Source: an uncultured Fibrobacteria bacterium
GTDB lineage: Bacteria > Fibrobacterota > Fibrobacteria > UBA11236
DNA: 64,000 bases
Direction: 5' to 3'
Assembly: GCA_963716395.1 (NCBI GenBank)
Contig: OY970309.1
Span: 1,696,001-1,760,000, forward strand
A model generated the notes under the pieces. It did not search any database. It was not told where the DNA came from and was given only the letters and a program-made list of their open reading frames with translations. The position numbers and the translations under genes were made by a program. Position 1 is the stretch's first letter; every line of letters begins with the position of its first letter. Of this stretch, positions 46,725 through 56,162 are shown piece by piece.

Positions 46725-49406
46725 CTAAGACAAATCGTCCAACGCGTTTTCGAGCCGGCGCGCATTCTCGATTTGGGTGCGGAGCTTTTCGCGTTCGGCC
46801 TCGACCACCTCGGCCGGGGCGCTGCGCGTGAATTTTTCATTGGCCAGTTTTTTTTCCTGTAGGGCCACGAATCCCTTGGCTTTCTCCCATTCCTTGCCGA
46901 GGCGCCGGCGCTCGGCTTCGGGGTCGAGCAGGCCTGCGAGCGGCACATGGATTTTACCGCCGGGGATCAGGGCCGAGGCCGAAAACGAAGGCTTGGCGAG
47001 TTGCGTTCCCCATTCCAGTTGCGCGCGCTCCAATCCCAGCACCACGTTTTGTTGTGATTGTAGATCGACCAGCGCATCCGAGTCGTCGATTTGCACCAGC
47101 ACCCGCAATTCGCGTTGCGGCGGCAAGTTATAGCTGCCGCGGATTTGGCGCACGGCTGCGACCACGGCCAGCAAACCGTCCATCCGGCGCGATTCGACCG
47201 GGGAAAAATCCACGGTGCGGGACTCGGGCCAGGGGCCGAGAATCAAGAAGCCCGGATCGCCGAGCTGCGCTCGGATTTCTTCTGTCAGGTAGGGCATGAA
47301 CGGGTGCAGCACGGCGATCAGATCGCGCAGCACGGCCGCGAACACCGTGACGGCAACGCGTTTATTCTCGGGCGCTTCGCCCGTGATGTCAGATTTGCGG
47401 ATTTCCAAATACGTGGAGCAGAAGTCGTCCCAGGCGAAGTGATACAGGGATTGCGCCGCCTCGGAAAAGCGCAGGTTCGAAGCTTCGAGCGCTTCGGTGA
47501 CCAGGCGCACCGTTTCGCTGCAACGCTGCAGAATCCAGCGGTCGGCCAGCCCGAGTTTGAGACCGTCCAGCGAGGACGCGGCCGCACCCAAATGCGGATG
47601 CACGAAGCGCACGGCGTTCCACAGCTTGTTGGCGAAGTTGCGGCCGGTTTCGAATTTGACCGGCGACAGCTTGATGTCTTGCCCCTCGGTGGTCAAGGTC
47701 ATGAGCGCGAAGCGCACGGCGTCTGCCCCGTATTGATCGATCATGGCGATGGGATCGATGCCGTTGCCTTTCGACTTCGACATGCGCTGCCCTTTTTCAT
47801 CCAGGATGGTGCCGTGGATGTACACGGTGTGGAACGGCGTCTGCCCCAGGAATTTCAACCCGGAAAAAATCATGCGCGCCACCCAGAAATAGATGATGCC
47901 GCGATCGGTGACCAAGACGTCGGTGGGGTAATGCCTGCGTAACTCCGGCGTGTCCTCGGGCCAACCCAAAGTTGAGAAAGGCCACAGGGCGCTTGAGAAC
48001 CAGGTGTCGAGCACGTCTTCTTCCTGGCGTAACACACAGGCTTCTCCGTATTTCGCCTGCGCCAACCGCCGGGCCTCGGCGGCGTTGCGGCCCACCACGT
48101 AAGGCGTGGCGTCGTTGACCTCGCCGCCGGTTTCGGAGATCACATACCACACCGGAATCTGATGCCCCCACCACAACTGCCGCGAAATGCACCAATCTCG
48201 GCGCGGTTCCAGCCATTGTTCGTAGGTCTTGACGTAGCGATCCGGAACAAAACGGACGTTTTTTTGCGCATCGAATTTACCGGATTCCCAATGCACGCAG
48301 GCCAAAGCCGGGTCGACCAGGGGGGCCATTTTCACATACCATTGGCTCATCAAGGTGGGCTCCACCACGTCGCCGGAGCGGTAACACAAGGGGATGGGAA
48401 TCACCCGATCCTCGACCGCCACCAGCAACCCGCGCGCGGTGAGATCGTCCACCAGTTTTTTCCGCGCCGCGAAGCGGTTCAGGCCCGCATAGGGCCCGGC
48501 CTCCTGGTTCAAGGTCGCGTCGAGATTCATGACCACGAGGGGTTTCAGGCCGTGGCGCAGGCCCACTTCGTAATCATTGAAGTCGTGGGCCGGGGTGATC
48601 TTGACCGCGCCCGTGCCTTTGGCCGGGTCGGCATAGGCATCGGCGATTACGGGAATGGGCCGGTCGAGGATGGGGATTAAAACTTTTTTTCCGATCCAAT
48701 CCCGGTACCGAGTGTCGTCGGGATGCACGGCCACGGCCGCGTCGCCGAACAAGGTTTCGGGCCGCGTGGTCGACACCACCAGGCTTTGGGAAGGATCGTC
48801 GGCCCGCACGTAGCGGATCGACCAGAAATGGCCAGGCGTTTCCTGGGTTTCGACTTCTTCGTCGGCCAGCGCGGTTTGCAATTGCGGACACCAGTTCACC
48901 AGGCGGGCGCCGCGATAGATGAGGCCGTCGGCGTGCAGACGCACGAACACTTCGCGCACCGCGGCCGACAGCCCTTCGTCCATGGTGAAGCGCAGACGCG
49001 ACCAGTCGCAAGAACTGCCCAGCCGCTGGAGTTGCTCCACGATGCGGTTGCCGTATTCCTGCTTCCATTCCCACACGCGTGCCACGAATTTTTCGCGGCC
49101 CAGGTCATGCTTGTTCCGGCCCTCTTTCTGCAGCATGCGCTCCACCACGCTTTGGGTGGCGATGCCGGCATGATCCGTGCCCGGCTGCCACAAGGTACGG
49201 AAGCCTTGCATGCGCTTGCTGCGGATGAGCACGTCCTGCAAGGTGTTGTTCAGGGCATGGCCCATGTGCAAAGCGCCCGTGACATTGGGCGGCGGTATTA
49301 CGATCGTGAATGGCCGGCCCTCGCCTTGCGGTTTGAAGGCGCCGGCCTGCTCCCAAGCGGCATACCATTTCGACTCGATTTCCTGGGGGGAATAACGGCT
49401 TTCCAT
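46725..49406 (-). CDS. valS: Valine--tRNA ligase
   Basis: PPPNVTGALHMGHA, DWCISRQLWWGH, RMSKSKGN; C-terminal coiled coil. Confidence 0.98.
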   Translation of the reverse strand: MESRYSPQEIESKWYAAWEQAGAFKPQGEGRPFTIVIPPPNVTGALHMGHALNNTLQDVLIRSKRMQGFRTLWQPGTDHAGIATQSVVERMLQKEGRNKHDLGREKFVARVWEWKQEYGNRIVEQLQRLGSSCDWSRLRFTMDEGLSAAVREVFVRLHADGLIYRGARLVNWCPQLQTALADEEVETQETPGHFWSIRYVRADDPSQSLVVSTTRPETLFGDAAVAVHPDDTRYRDWIGKKVLIPILDRPIPVIADAYADPAKGTGAVKITPAHDFNDYEVGLRHGLKPLVVMNLDATLNQEAGPYAGLNRFAARKKLVDDLTARGLLVAVEDRVIPIPLCYRSGDVVEPTLMSQWYVKMAPLVDPALACVHWESGKFDAQKNVRFVPDRYVKTYEQWLEPRRDWCISRQLWWGHQIPVWYVISETGGEVNDATPYVVGRNAAEARRLAQAKYGEACVLRQEEDVLDTWFSSALWPFSTLGWPEDTPELRRHYPTDVLVTDRGIIYFWVARMIFSGLKFLGQTPFHTVYIHGTILDEKGQRMSKSKGNGIDPIAMIDQYGADAVRFALMTLTTEGQDIKLSPVKFETGRNFANKLWNAVRFVHPHLGAAASSLDGLKLGLADRWILQRCSETVRLVTEALEASNLRFSEAAQSLYHFAWDDFCSTYLEIRKSDITGEAPENKRVAVTVFAAVLRDLIAVLHPFMPYLTEEIRAQLGDPGFLILGPWPESRTVDFSPVESRRMDGLLAVVAAVRQIRGSYNLPPQRELRVLVQIDDSDALVDLQSQQNVVLGLERAQLEWGTQLAKPSFSASALIPGGKIHVPLAGLLDPEAERRRLGKEWEKAKGFVALQEKKLANEKFTRSAPAEVVEAEREKLRTQIENARRLENALDDLS

Positions 49407-49447
49407 CGGAGCAGAAAAGATACCCCCCAATGCGTATTTTGGTGGAC

Positions 49448-49648
49448 ATGAAGCTGCACGTCAACGGCGAGGAAGTTGAGTTGGAAACGCCGATGACCTT
49501 GGCGGAATTGCTGGCCCGCCACCGGCTCAAACCCGAAACCGTGGTGGTGGAGTACAACCGGCTGGTGCCGTCCAAAGCCGAATATGCCCGCATTTCTTTG
49601 CGCGCCGGCGACCGCGTCGAAATCGTAAAGTTCATGGGCGGCGGCTGA
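49448..49648 (+). CDS. thiS: Sulfur carrier protein ThiS
   Basis: VNGE...VVVEYN...GDRVEIVKFMGGG with C-terminal GG. Confidence 0.88.
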   Translation: MKLHVNGEEVELETPMTLAELLARHRLKPETVVVEYNRLVPSKAEYARISLRAGDRVEIVKFMGGG

Positions 49649-49654
49649 GCGCGC

Positions 49655-50785
49655 ATGCCCCGTTGCCTGCATTTGCTCGACGCCTATCTGCACGGCACCG
49701 AAACCTTTATCTGGCAATACCTGCGCCGCGCGCAGCGCTTTCTGCCGCTGGTGCTGGCCGATGCCTGGGAAAACGCGGATCAATTTCCCCTGCCCCGCGG
49801 CGAATTTTTGCGCCTGCAGCCGGAGCGGTCTGGGCTGGCGCGCTTGCAGGCCCGGCTGCGTGGCGCCTATGCACCGGTACAATATTCCGGAGGTGCGGAA
49901 ATTTTACACCGCCGCGATCTGGCGCTTTGCCATGCCCACAACGGGTATCGCGCCTGCATTACGGCCGATTTTGTCGCGACTTTGGACAAGCCCCTGGTGG
50001 TCAGCTTTTACGGAGCCGACGTTTCGCGCGCCGATGTCTTGCGCCGCGCGGCGGCCGGGTACCGCCGGCTTTTTGGCCAAGCCCGCGCCTTGCTGGTCGA
50101 AGGGCCGGCTATGCGCCGCCGCCTGTTGGATTTGGGCGCTCCCGAAGACAAGATCCGCCTCTGCCGCATCGCCGTCGATCCCGCGGATTACCGCTTGCGC
50201 GCACGCGCTTGGGACGGCCGCCGAGACATTCGCTTGCTTTTCATCGGGCGCCTGGTGGAGAAAAAAGGGCTGGACGTGGGCCTGAAGGCTTTGGCCGACG
50301 CGCGCATCGATTTTCCCTGGCGGCTGAGCGTGGTCGGCGACGGACCGTTGCGCAAGGGTCTGGAAGCGCTGGCCCAAAAGCTGAGGCTGCGCGACCGGGT
50401 CGACTTTCTCGGGTATCGTCCCTGGAAAGAGTTGCGCGATTTGCTCGACACCCATGATCTTTTGTTCCAGCCCTCGCGCCGCGCCCAAAACGGCGACAGC
50501 GAAGGCGGCGCGCCCACCGTGATTCTCGAAGCCCAAGCCGGCGGCATGCCGGTGGTGTCGACGCGGCATGACGACATCCCCTTTGTCACGGTTTCGGATC
50601 ACAGCGCGTGGCTGGCGCCCGCAGGCGATGCCTCGGCCTTGGCCGAAACGCTGCGCCGCGCGGCGCAGGAGCATGGCCGCTGGGGGGAAATGGGCCGCGC
50701 GGGCCGCGCCAAGGTCGAAGCCGATCACAACAGTGCCCAAGAGATCGAGGTTTTGGAACGCATTTATGCCGAGGTGTCGGGTTGA
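49655..50785 (+). CDS. GT4 family glycosyltransferase (WcaL-like)
   Basis: IGRLVEKKG, GDGPLR, GDSEGGAPTVILEAQA. Confidence 0.9.
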   Translation: MPRCLHLLDAYLHGTETFIWQYLRRAQRFLPLVLADAWENADQFPLPRGEFLRLQPERSGLARLQARLRGAYAPVQYSGGAEILHRRDLALCHAHNGYRACITADFVATLDKPLVVSFYGADVSRADVLRRAAAGYRRLFGQARALLVEGPAMRRRLLDLGAPEDKIRLCRIAVDPADYRLRARAWDGRRDIRLLFIGRLVEKKGLDVGLKALADARIDFPWRLSVVGDGPLRKGLEALAQKLRLRDRVDFLGYRPWKELRDLLDTHDLLFQPSRRAQNGDSEGGAPTVILEAQAGGMPVVSTRHDDIPFVTVSDHSAWLAPAGDASALAETLRRAAQEHGRWGEMGRAGRAKVEADHNSAQEIEVLERIYAEVSG

Positions 50786-50791
50786 AAGCGA

Positions 50792-51499
50792 TCATGCTTC
50801 CACGCAATATTCGTCGGCCGTTTCCGGGTCGCGGGTATTGAGCGGCTGCAAACGCGCATAACCCAGATCGCGGATCAGGTCGAGGCAGACGCGCCGGCAT
50901 GCGGGGCCATGCACCGATAGCAGTAGGGCCGGCTTGCGCGCGCGCAGGTATTCCAGTCCGCCGCGCAGCACTTCGGCTTCGGCGCCCTCCACGTCGATTT
51001 TCAAAACCTCGGGACGCACGTGGGCGCGATCCAGAAAGTCGGCCAGCGACACGGCGAACACGGGGTGCTCGCCGGTTTCTTCCAGCCGGCCCAGGGAGTG
51101 GTGCGCGCCGGCCCGAAAATTTCGGAGTCCCGTGGACTCGGCCACGGCCCAGGGCAAGACCGCCACGTTGTCGACCCGATTTTTCTCCAAAGTGCGGATC
51201 AGCCAGCTTACGTTGCGGGGGTAGGGCTCGAAGGCGAAAACGCGCTGGGCGCCGCGCGCGAAGACCAGCGCATAGAGTCCCGCATGCGCGCCGATGTCGA
51301 GGCAGCAACTGGCGCCCTGCGCCAAGCGTTTCGCCGCCGCCAACTGCTCCGGTTCGGAGCGGTTCCAAATCACCGACAGGCCTTTGGAAGGGCCGGGCGC
51401 TGCGCCTACGAGCCACCAGCCGCCGGCCGCCGGGCCGCGTAGAATCGGCAGCGGCAAGCCGTCGGGCAGCAGCGCGGCGGCGAAGCGGATCGCGCTCAT
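50792..51499 (-). CDS. FkbM family methyltransferase
   Basis: LDIGAHAG, AFEP, LKIDVEGAE; ATGA overlap with the upstream gene. Confidence 0.88.
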   Translation of the reverse strand: MSAIRFAAALLPDGLPLPILRGPAAGGWWLVGAAPGPSKGLSVIWNRSEPEQLAAAKRLAQGASCCLDIGAHAGLYALVFARGAQRVFAFEPYPRNVSWLIRTLEKNRVDNVAVLPWAVAESTGLRNFRAGAHHSLGRLEETGEHPVFAVSLADFLDRAHVRPEVLKIDVEGAEAEVLRGGLEYLRARKPALLLSVHGPACRRVCLDLIRDLGYARLQPLNTRDPETADEYCVEA

Positions 51500-53655
51500 C
51501 GCGCCACGATGATTTTGCCGCGCGCCACCGAGGATCCCGACGCGACGCTGTACAGATAGACGCCGGGTGACACGGCGCGGCCGTCTTCGTTGGTGCCGTC
51601 CCATTGCGCCTGGTTGCCCTGAAGTTGCGAGGGGCGCAGGGTGCGGATGACATTGCCCGCGGGAGTGTGGATGCGCACCGTGGCGTCTGGCGGCAGGCCG
51701 TCGAATATCACGAAGCGATGCTGCGGGAGAAAGGGATTGGGATAGACGCGCACGCCTTGCAGCGCCGTCACCACGGGCTGCGATTTGCTTTCCAACACGT
51801 TGACACCGCGATCCGTGGTGACCCAGACCTGGCCGTTCACCGGATTCACGCTGAGATCATAGATGACGGGGCTCAGCAACCCGTCATTGAGTCCGTAACG
51901 CTCAAAATGCGAGATGTCGGTGGCGCCGGGTACGACATGAAACAAACCGTTGGTGCAGCCGATCCAGAACGCACCCAGGGGATCGGATCGCATCACCTGG
52001 CAATCCGTGCCGGGAAAATCAGTGACCGGGGTGAACTGATTGGCCCCCGAATAATCCGGATTGCCGACGCTGTCGGCATAGGCCAGTTGACCGCCGATCA
52101 ACACCCAGGGCCGGCCGGTGGGATCGGGCGCCATGTCCCAGGCCGTTAAAGACTCTCCGGACAAGGACCACAACCCCAACGATGTCAAAAGCGGCGCGGA
52201 TGGCCCTTGCCGGATTTTGTAAAACTCGACGCCGCGCTCGCTGCCCACCCCCAGCAACGAATCGGAGAAAACGCGGTCGACATGCGGATAACCGCCGTCG
52301 GAATTGGAATCCAGGCACGACACCTGGCCCGTGGAGGTATTCAAATAATCCAACTGGTTGTTGTCGATGAGTTCGGCCTTGAACATGGAGAAGAACAGGC
52401 CGTTTTGATGCACATTGCTGACGGCGTACACCACGGGAAAATTTTGCACCACGTCGTAAATGCAGGGATCGGTTTGTTGGTTCCAGACCCGCGTTTCCGT
52501 CCCCCGCAAGCGCCACAAGCCCGTGCCCCAAGTGCCGATATAGGCATCGCCGTTGGTGTCGGACGCCATGTTTTTCAAAGCGCGCGTGAACAACTCGATA
52601 GAGGGCGCGACGATGCCGGTGGTGTCGAAGTAAAAGCCGCTGTCGGATGGGTGTAAGCGCTCGACCCCCCACAGCGATTGGGTCCAGACGGTGTTTCCAT
52701 AGGCGGTCACGTTGGCCACGGTGTCGAGCGGAAAGACCCGCAGCGGCTTTAAGGTTGTCCAGGCCGTCGAGGCGTCGGCCGTGTCGCGATACGCCAACGC
52801 GCCCGGGCCGCCCGCGAATACGCGGCTGCCCGCCATCACAGCGGCATCGGCGAAGGCCGGAGCGAACACCCGGGAGCCGATTTGCAAAGAGGAGCCGAGC
52901 AGAGCGGCAAGGAAAACCGGTTGCGTCAACACGGTTCCCGGTCCGAAGGTGGCCAGGGAGTCGCCGAAGAAGGCGAGGGTGTTGTAGGCGCGCGCGGGGG
53001 CGCCCGCGCTGTCGCCCGGGAATACCACGGGAATCCAGATGTTGGGATCGGCCAGGTTTCCGTAACCGGCGGCGGGATTCAGGGGATGGGAGAAATCCAC
53101 CGCGGTTTTAAACACGCCTTGGGCCGTGCCCGCGTACAGAGTGTCTCCCCGGCGCAGCAGCGACAACACCGAAACGCCGTTTTGATTCGCCAGCCGGGTC
53201 AGGTTGAGTTGTGCGACTTTCTGCCCCACATCGAACAAGGTGAGGCCTTGCGTCGAACCCAGATACAGAAAATCGCCGGCGCCGAGCACGGCGCGGTCAT
53301 TCATCGTCCATTGTTCGGCGGCGTAGCTTTGGCCGTAAGAGTCCCAGTGATTCCCGTCGAGTCTGGATACATAACCGCTCTGCGACACCGCCCACAGAGA
53401 CCCGTCGCCGGGGGCGGCCCAACCCACAATCCACGGGTCGAGCAGTCCGTCGAGGTTGTTGTATTCGTGTTGCTGCAACGTCACCGGATCCACGGCGCGC
53501 ACGCCGCCCTGCGTGCCGGCATACACCACGCCTTGGTACAAGATCAGAGAGGTAACGCGCTCTTTGTTGGTGAAGCTGTGCCATTGGCCCACATAGCCTT
53601 CGCCGGGGGCGGCCCAAACCGCGATGCCGACCCAAATCGCGATGGCGCTGCGCAT
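51496..53655 (-). CDS. PorZ-like beta-propeller protein with C-terminal FlgD-Ig/T9SS-like domain
   Basis: Signal peptide, GQWHSF, Reg_prop-like repeats (YAGTQGG, WIGCTNGL, WVTTDRGV), VYPNPF...WDGTNEDGRAVSPGVYLY. Confidence 0.75.
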   Translation of the reverse strand: MRSAIAIWVGIAVWAAPGEGYVGQWHSFTNKERVTSLILYQGVVYAGTQGGVRAVDPVTLQQHEYNNLDGLLDPWIVGWAAPGDGSLWAVSQSGYVSRLDGNHWDSYGQSYAAEQWTMNDRAVLGAGDFLYLGSTQGLTLFDVGQKVAQLNLTRLANQNGVSVLSLLRRGDTLYAGTAQGVFKTAVDFSHPLNPAAGYGNLADPNIWIPVVFPGDSAGAPARAYNTLAFFGDSLATFGPGTVLTQPVFLAALLGSSLQIGSRVFAPAFADAAVMAGSRVFAGGPGALAYRDTADASTAWTTLKPLRVFPLDTVANVTAYGNTVWTQSLWGVERLHPSDSGFYFDTTGIVAPSIELFTRALKNMASDTNGDAYIGTWGTGLWRLRGTETRVWNQQTDPCIYDVVQNFPVVYAVSNVHQNGLFFSMFKAELIDNNQLDYLNTSTGQVSCLDSNSDGGYPHVDRVFSDSLLGVGSERGVEFYKIRQGPSAPLLTSLGLWSLSGESLTAWDMAPDPTGRPWVLIGGQLAYADSVGNPDYSGANQFTPVTDFPGTDCQVMRSDPLGAFWIGCTNGLFHVVPGATDISHFERYGLNDGLLSPVIYDLSVNPVNGQVWVTTDRGVNVLESKSQPVVTALQGVRVYPNPFLPQHRFVIFDGLPPDATVRIHTPAGNVIRTLRPSQLQGNQAQWDGTNEDGRAVSPGVYLYSVASGSSVARGKIIVAR

Positions 53656-53666
53656 GGCCCGGTAAT

Positions 53667-54731
53667 CTACCAAGAAGAAAAGCCGTGCCAATATTCCTCC
53701 ACCGTTTGCAGAAGGCCCGCGGCCAACTCGATGCGTTCGCCGATCACGGCAAAACCCGCGCGCTGCGAGGCCGGCAGTTTGACGGCATCTTTGGCCGTGC
53801 ACAGAAACCCGGCCTCGGGCCGGCGGCGCGCCGCGCGCGCCCGCTTTCGCGACGAAGGAAAACCGTGATCCGGGCCGCGGCACAGTCCGGCCAAGGCGAC
53901 GCCCGCCGCTTCCAGATCGCGGCAAAAGGCTTCGGGGTGGCCGAGGCCGCAAACGGCCCACCAGACCCGGCCGAAGTCGAAACCGGCGGGGAATTCCAAC
54001 CGGCGGCGGAACCAGAGGCCCGCCCCGGCGGGCGGCGGATGCGCCAGCGGACCGGCCACGATGTGATGCTCATCGCGTAATGATTCCAAAGTGGTGCGGT
54101 AGGGGCCGAACGGCAGCAAATCGCGCCGGCGCGGCGCTTCGTTCGGCGCGCGCAACACCAGGTGCAAAGCCCCCGCCAGTCGGGGATCACACAAGCCGTC
54201 GTCGGAAACAAGCAGATCGAAGCCGCCCATGCGGCTCAGCGCCTCCCAGGCGCGCTCGCGGTTGCGGGTCACGAACACGCGTCCCGCGCCGGCGCGCGCC
54301 AGCAACACGGCTTCGTCGGAGCAGACGCGCCAATCGGCGTCGGGCCCGACTTCGGCCAGGCCGCGACCCCGCGCCGTGAGCCCCCGGCCCTTCGGCGCCG
54401 GGGAGAGCCAATATGCGATCATCGCCACGTTTTTTCCTGAATCGGCCAGCCGGCGCGCCAATTCCCGCGCCACCGCGGTTTTACCCGATCCGCCCGCGCG
54501 CAAGCCTCCCACCACTACAAGGGGTAGTAGGTGGGCGCGGTCGCGCAGCGCCGGACGCAGCCACCAGCGCCGATGCACGGCGGCGGCGGCGGCATAGGCC
54601 CACGCGGCCGCAACGCCGAAGAGTCCGGCCGGGTTTGCGCCTGACACCGACCTGTGCGATAATGAATCCGGCAATCCGAATCTCCTTCGGATTCCGCCCC
54701 GGAAATCCGCCTTCGGAGCATCGGTCGGCAT
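53667..54731 (-). CDS. lpxK: Tetraacyldisaccharide 4'-kinase (divergent; start uncertain)
   Basis: VVGGLRAGGSGKT, SDEAVLLA, SDDGL, LLPFGPYR, CGLGHPEAF, DH, CTAKDAVKL. Confidence 0.8.
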   Translation of the reverse strand: MPTDAPKADFRGGIRRRFGLPDSLSHRSVSGANPAGLFGVAAAWAYAAAAAVHRRWWLRPALRDRAHLLPLVVVGGLRAGGSGKTAVARELARRLADSGKNVAMIAYWLSPAPKGRGLTARGRGLAEVGPDADWRVCSDEAVLLARAGAGRVFVTRNRERAWEALSRMGGFDLLVSDDGLCDPRLAGALHLVLRAPNEAPRRRDLLPFGPYRTTLESLRDEHHIVAGPLAHPPPAGAGLWFRRRLEFPAGFDFGRVWWAVCGLGHPEAFCRDLEAAGVALAGLCRGPDHGFPSSRKRARAARRRPEAGFLCTAKDAVKLPASQRAGFAVIGERIELAAGLLQTVEEYWHGFSSW

Positions 54732-54764
54732 TCCCGCAAAATTAGCTCGGCAAGGAGGCCGCGC

Positions 54765-55739
54765 ATGGGGTTGGAAAACAAGCTCGTGGTCAAGAAGCTG
54801 GAACTGCTGCTGCAGGATCCGCACTTGGTGGAATCGTACCTCCGCATCCACGGGCCTAATCTCGACGTCCGCAAGGTCGAAGCGCTGAAAGAACAGCATG
54901 CGCGCCGATTCGAACTGGAAACCGCCGACGACCCCGATGATCCCACTTTTATTCTCCCGTTGAAATGCCCGGTTTGCGCGCGCGAGAACCTGACCGCCTA
55001 CGAACTCAAGGCCAAGGCCCTAGCCGTCACACCCGATCGCTTCACCATTCCGCGCTATTCGCCCATCAAGCATTTTCGCCCTCTGGACTACGCATTGTGG
55101 GCGGTCACGGTATGTCCCGAATGCCTGTTCGCCTCTCCGGACCGCAAAGACTTCATCACCTTTCCCGTGCACCTTGAAGGGGAATGCCCTTCGCAATTGC
55201 CGGGTTTCGTACTCGAAACCCTGCGCGCGCGCCGCGAAGAACGCCGCGCGCTGCTGGCCGGCATCGAGGATGCGGCCGCCTATTTCGAGCACCCGCGCAA
55301 GGTGGCGGCGGCCGTCGCGGCCTACCGCCTGGCCGTGGCGCGGGCCCGCGTCGAAATCGGCGCCAAGCTACCCCTGGCCTGCTGCAAGGCGGGCCTGTAT
55401 TGCCTGCGCATCGCCATGTTTTTGCGCGACGGCGGCGGCAGCGACCGCGACCTCGCGCGCGAGGCCGTGCGCTACTTCGAAACCGGGTATGCGCGCAGCG
55501 AAATCCCTTCGGCCAATCTCGAATGTCAGACGCTGTATCTCATCGTGGCCCTGCATTTACGCCTGGAATCCACCGTCGAGGCCCAGCCCTATCTCCAATT
55601 GATGGAACGGTTGGCGCAACTCCCACTGCAGGAAGACTCCGACGAAAGAGGGGTTCGCCCCACCGCCGTGGATCGCTGGCTGCGGCAGGCCAAGGATTTA
55701 TGGGCCGTGCGGGAAGAACCCAAGACCTGGGAGCATTGA
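54765..55739 (+). CDS. DUF2225-like zinc-ribbon/helical protein
   Basis: AAGGAGG SD; KCPVC and VTVCPECLFAS, then TPR-like helices (CLRIAMFLR, YLIVALHLRL). Confidence 0.7.
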   Translation: MGLENKLVVKKLELLLQDPHLVESYLRIHGPNLDVRKVEALKEQHARRFELETADDPDDPTFILPLKCPVCARENLTAYELKAKALAVTPDRFTIPRYSPIKHFRPLDYALWAVTVCPECLFASPDRKDFITFPVHLEGECPSQLPGFVLETLRARREERRALLAGIEDAAAYFEHPRKVAAAVAAYRLAVARARVEIGAKLPLACCKAGLYCLRIAMFLRDGGGSDRDLAREAVRYFETGYARSEIPSANLECQTLYLIVALHLRLESTVEAQPYLQLMERLAQLPLQEDSDERGVRPTAVDRWLRQAKDLWAVREEPKTWEH

Positions 55740-55822
55740 TCCGGCCGGTGGGAAGTTCGGATCGATAAAAACCGGCGATAAAAACAAAGCGCGCCGCATG
55801 CGCGCGGAATCCGGCGGGGTGA

Positions 55823-56134
55823 CTACTTCTTCTTGGCCTTTTTGCCGCCGCGTTTGCCGCGGCCGTTGGATGGCAGGCTTTTGCGTAACAGGGCCAGGAT
55901 TTCGGGCAGCAGGGGATTTTTCGGATTGAACGAGTAAAACCGCGCGCGATCGCGTTTGCGGCTCAGCAAAAGCCCGGCTTTCTCCAGCCGGTGAAATTGA
56001 TTTTGCACGCCGAACAAGGCGATGCGTAATTCGCGCGCAAGACTCGTGCTGTTGGCTTCGCCGTTTTCGGCCAGCCATTGCAGAATGCGCACCCGCATGG
56101 TCGATCCGAAAATGCCGATCAAAGTTCGTTTCAT
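55823..56134 (-). CDS. Winged helix-turn-helix protein (ArsR-like)
   Basis: IFGSTMRVRIL...LARELRI...VQNQFHRLEKAGLL; extended -10 TGaTAAACT 6 nt before the ATG. Confidence 0.78.
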   Translation of the reverse strand: MKRTLIGIFGSTMRVRILQWLAENGEANSTSLARELRIALFGVQNQFHRLEKAGLLLSRKRDRARFYSFNPKNPLLPEILALLRKSLPSNGRGKRGGKKAKKK

Positions 56135-56162
56135 GTCATCAGTTTATCATTTTTGGTGGGCC

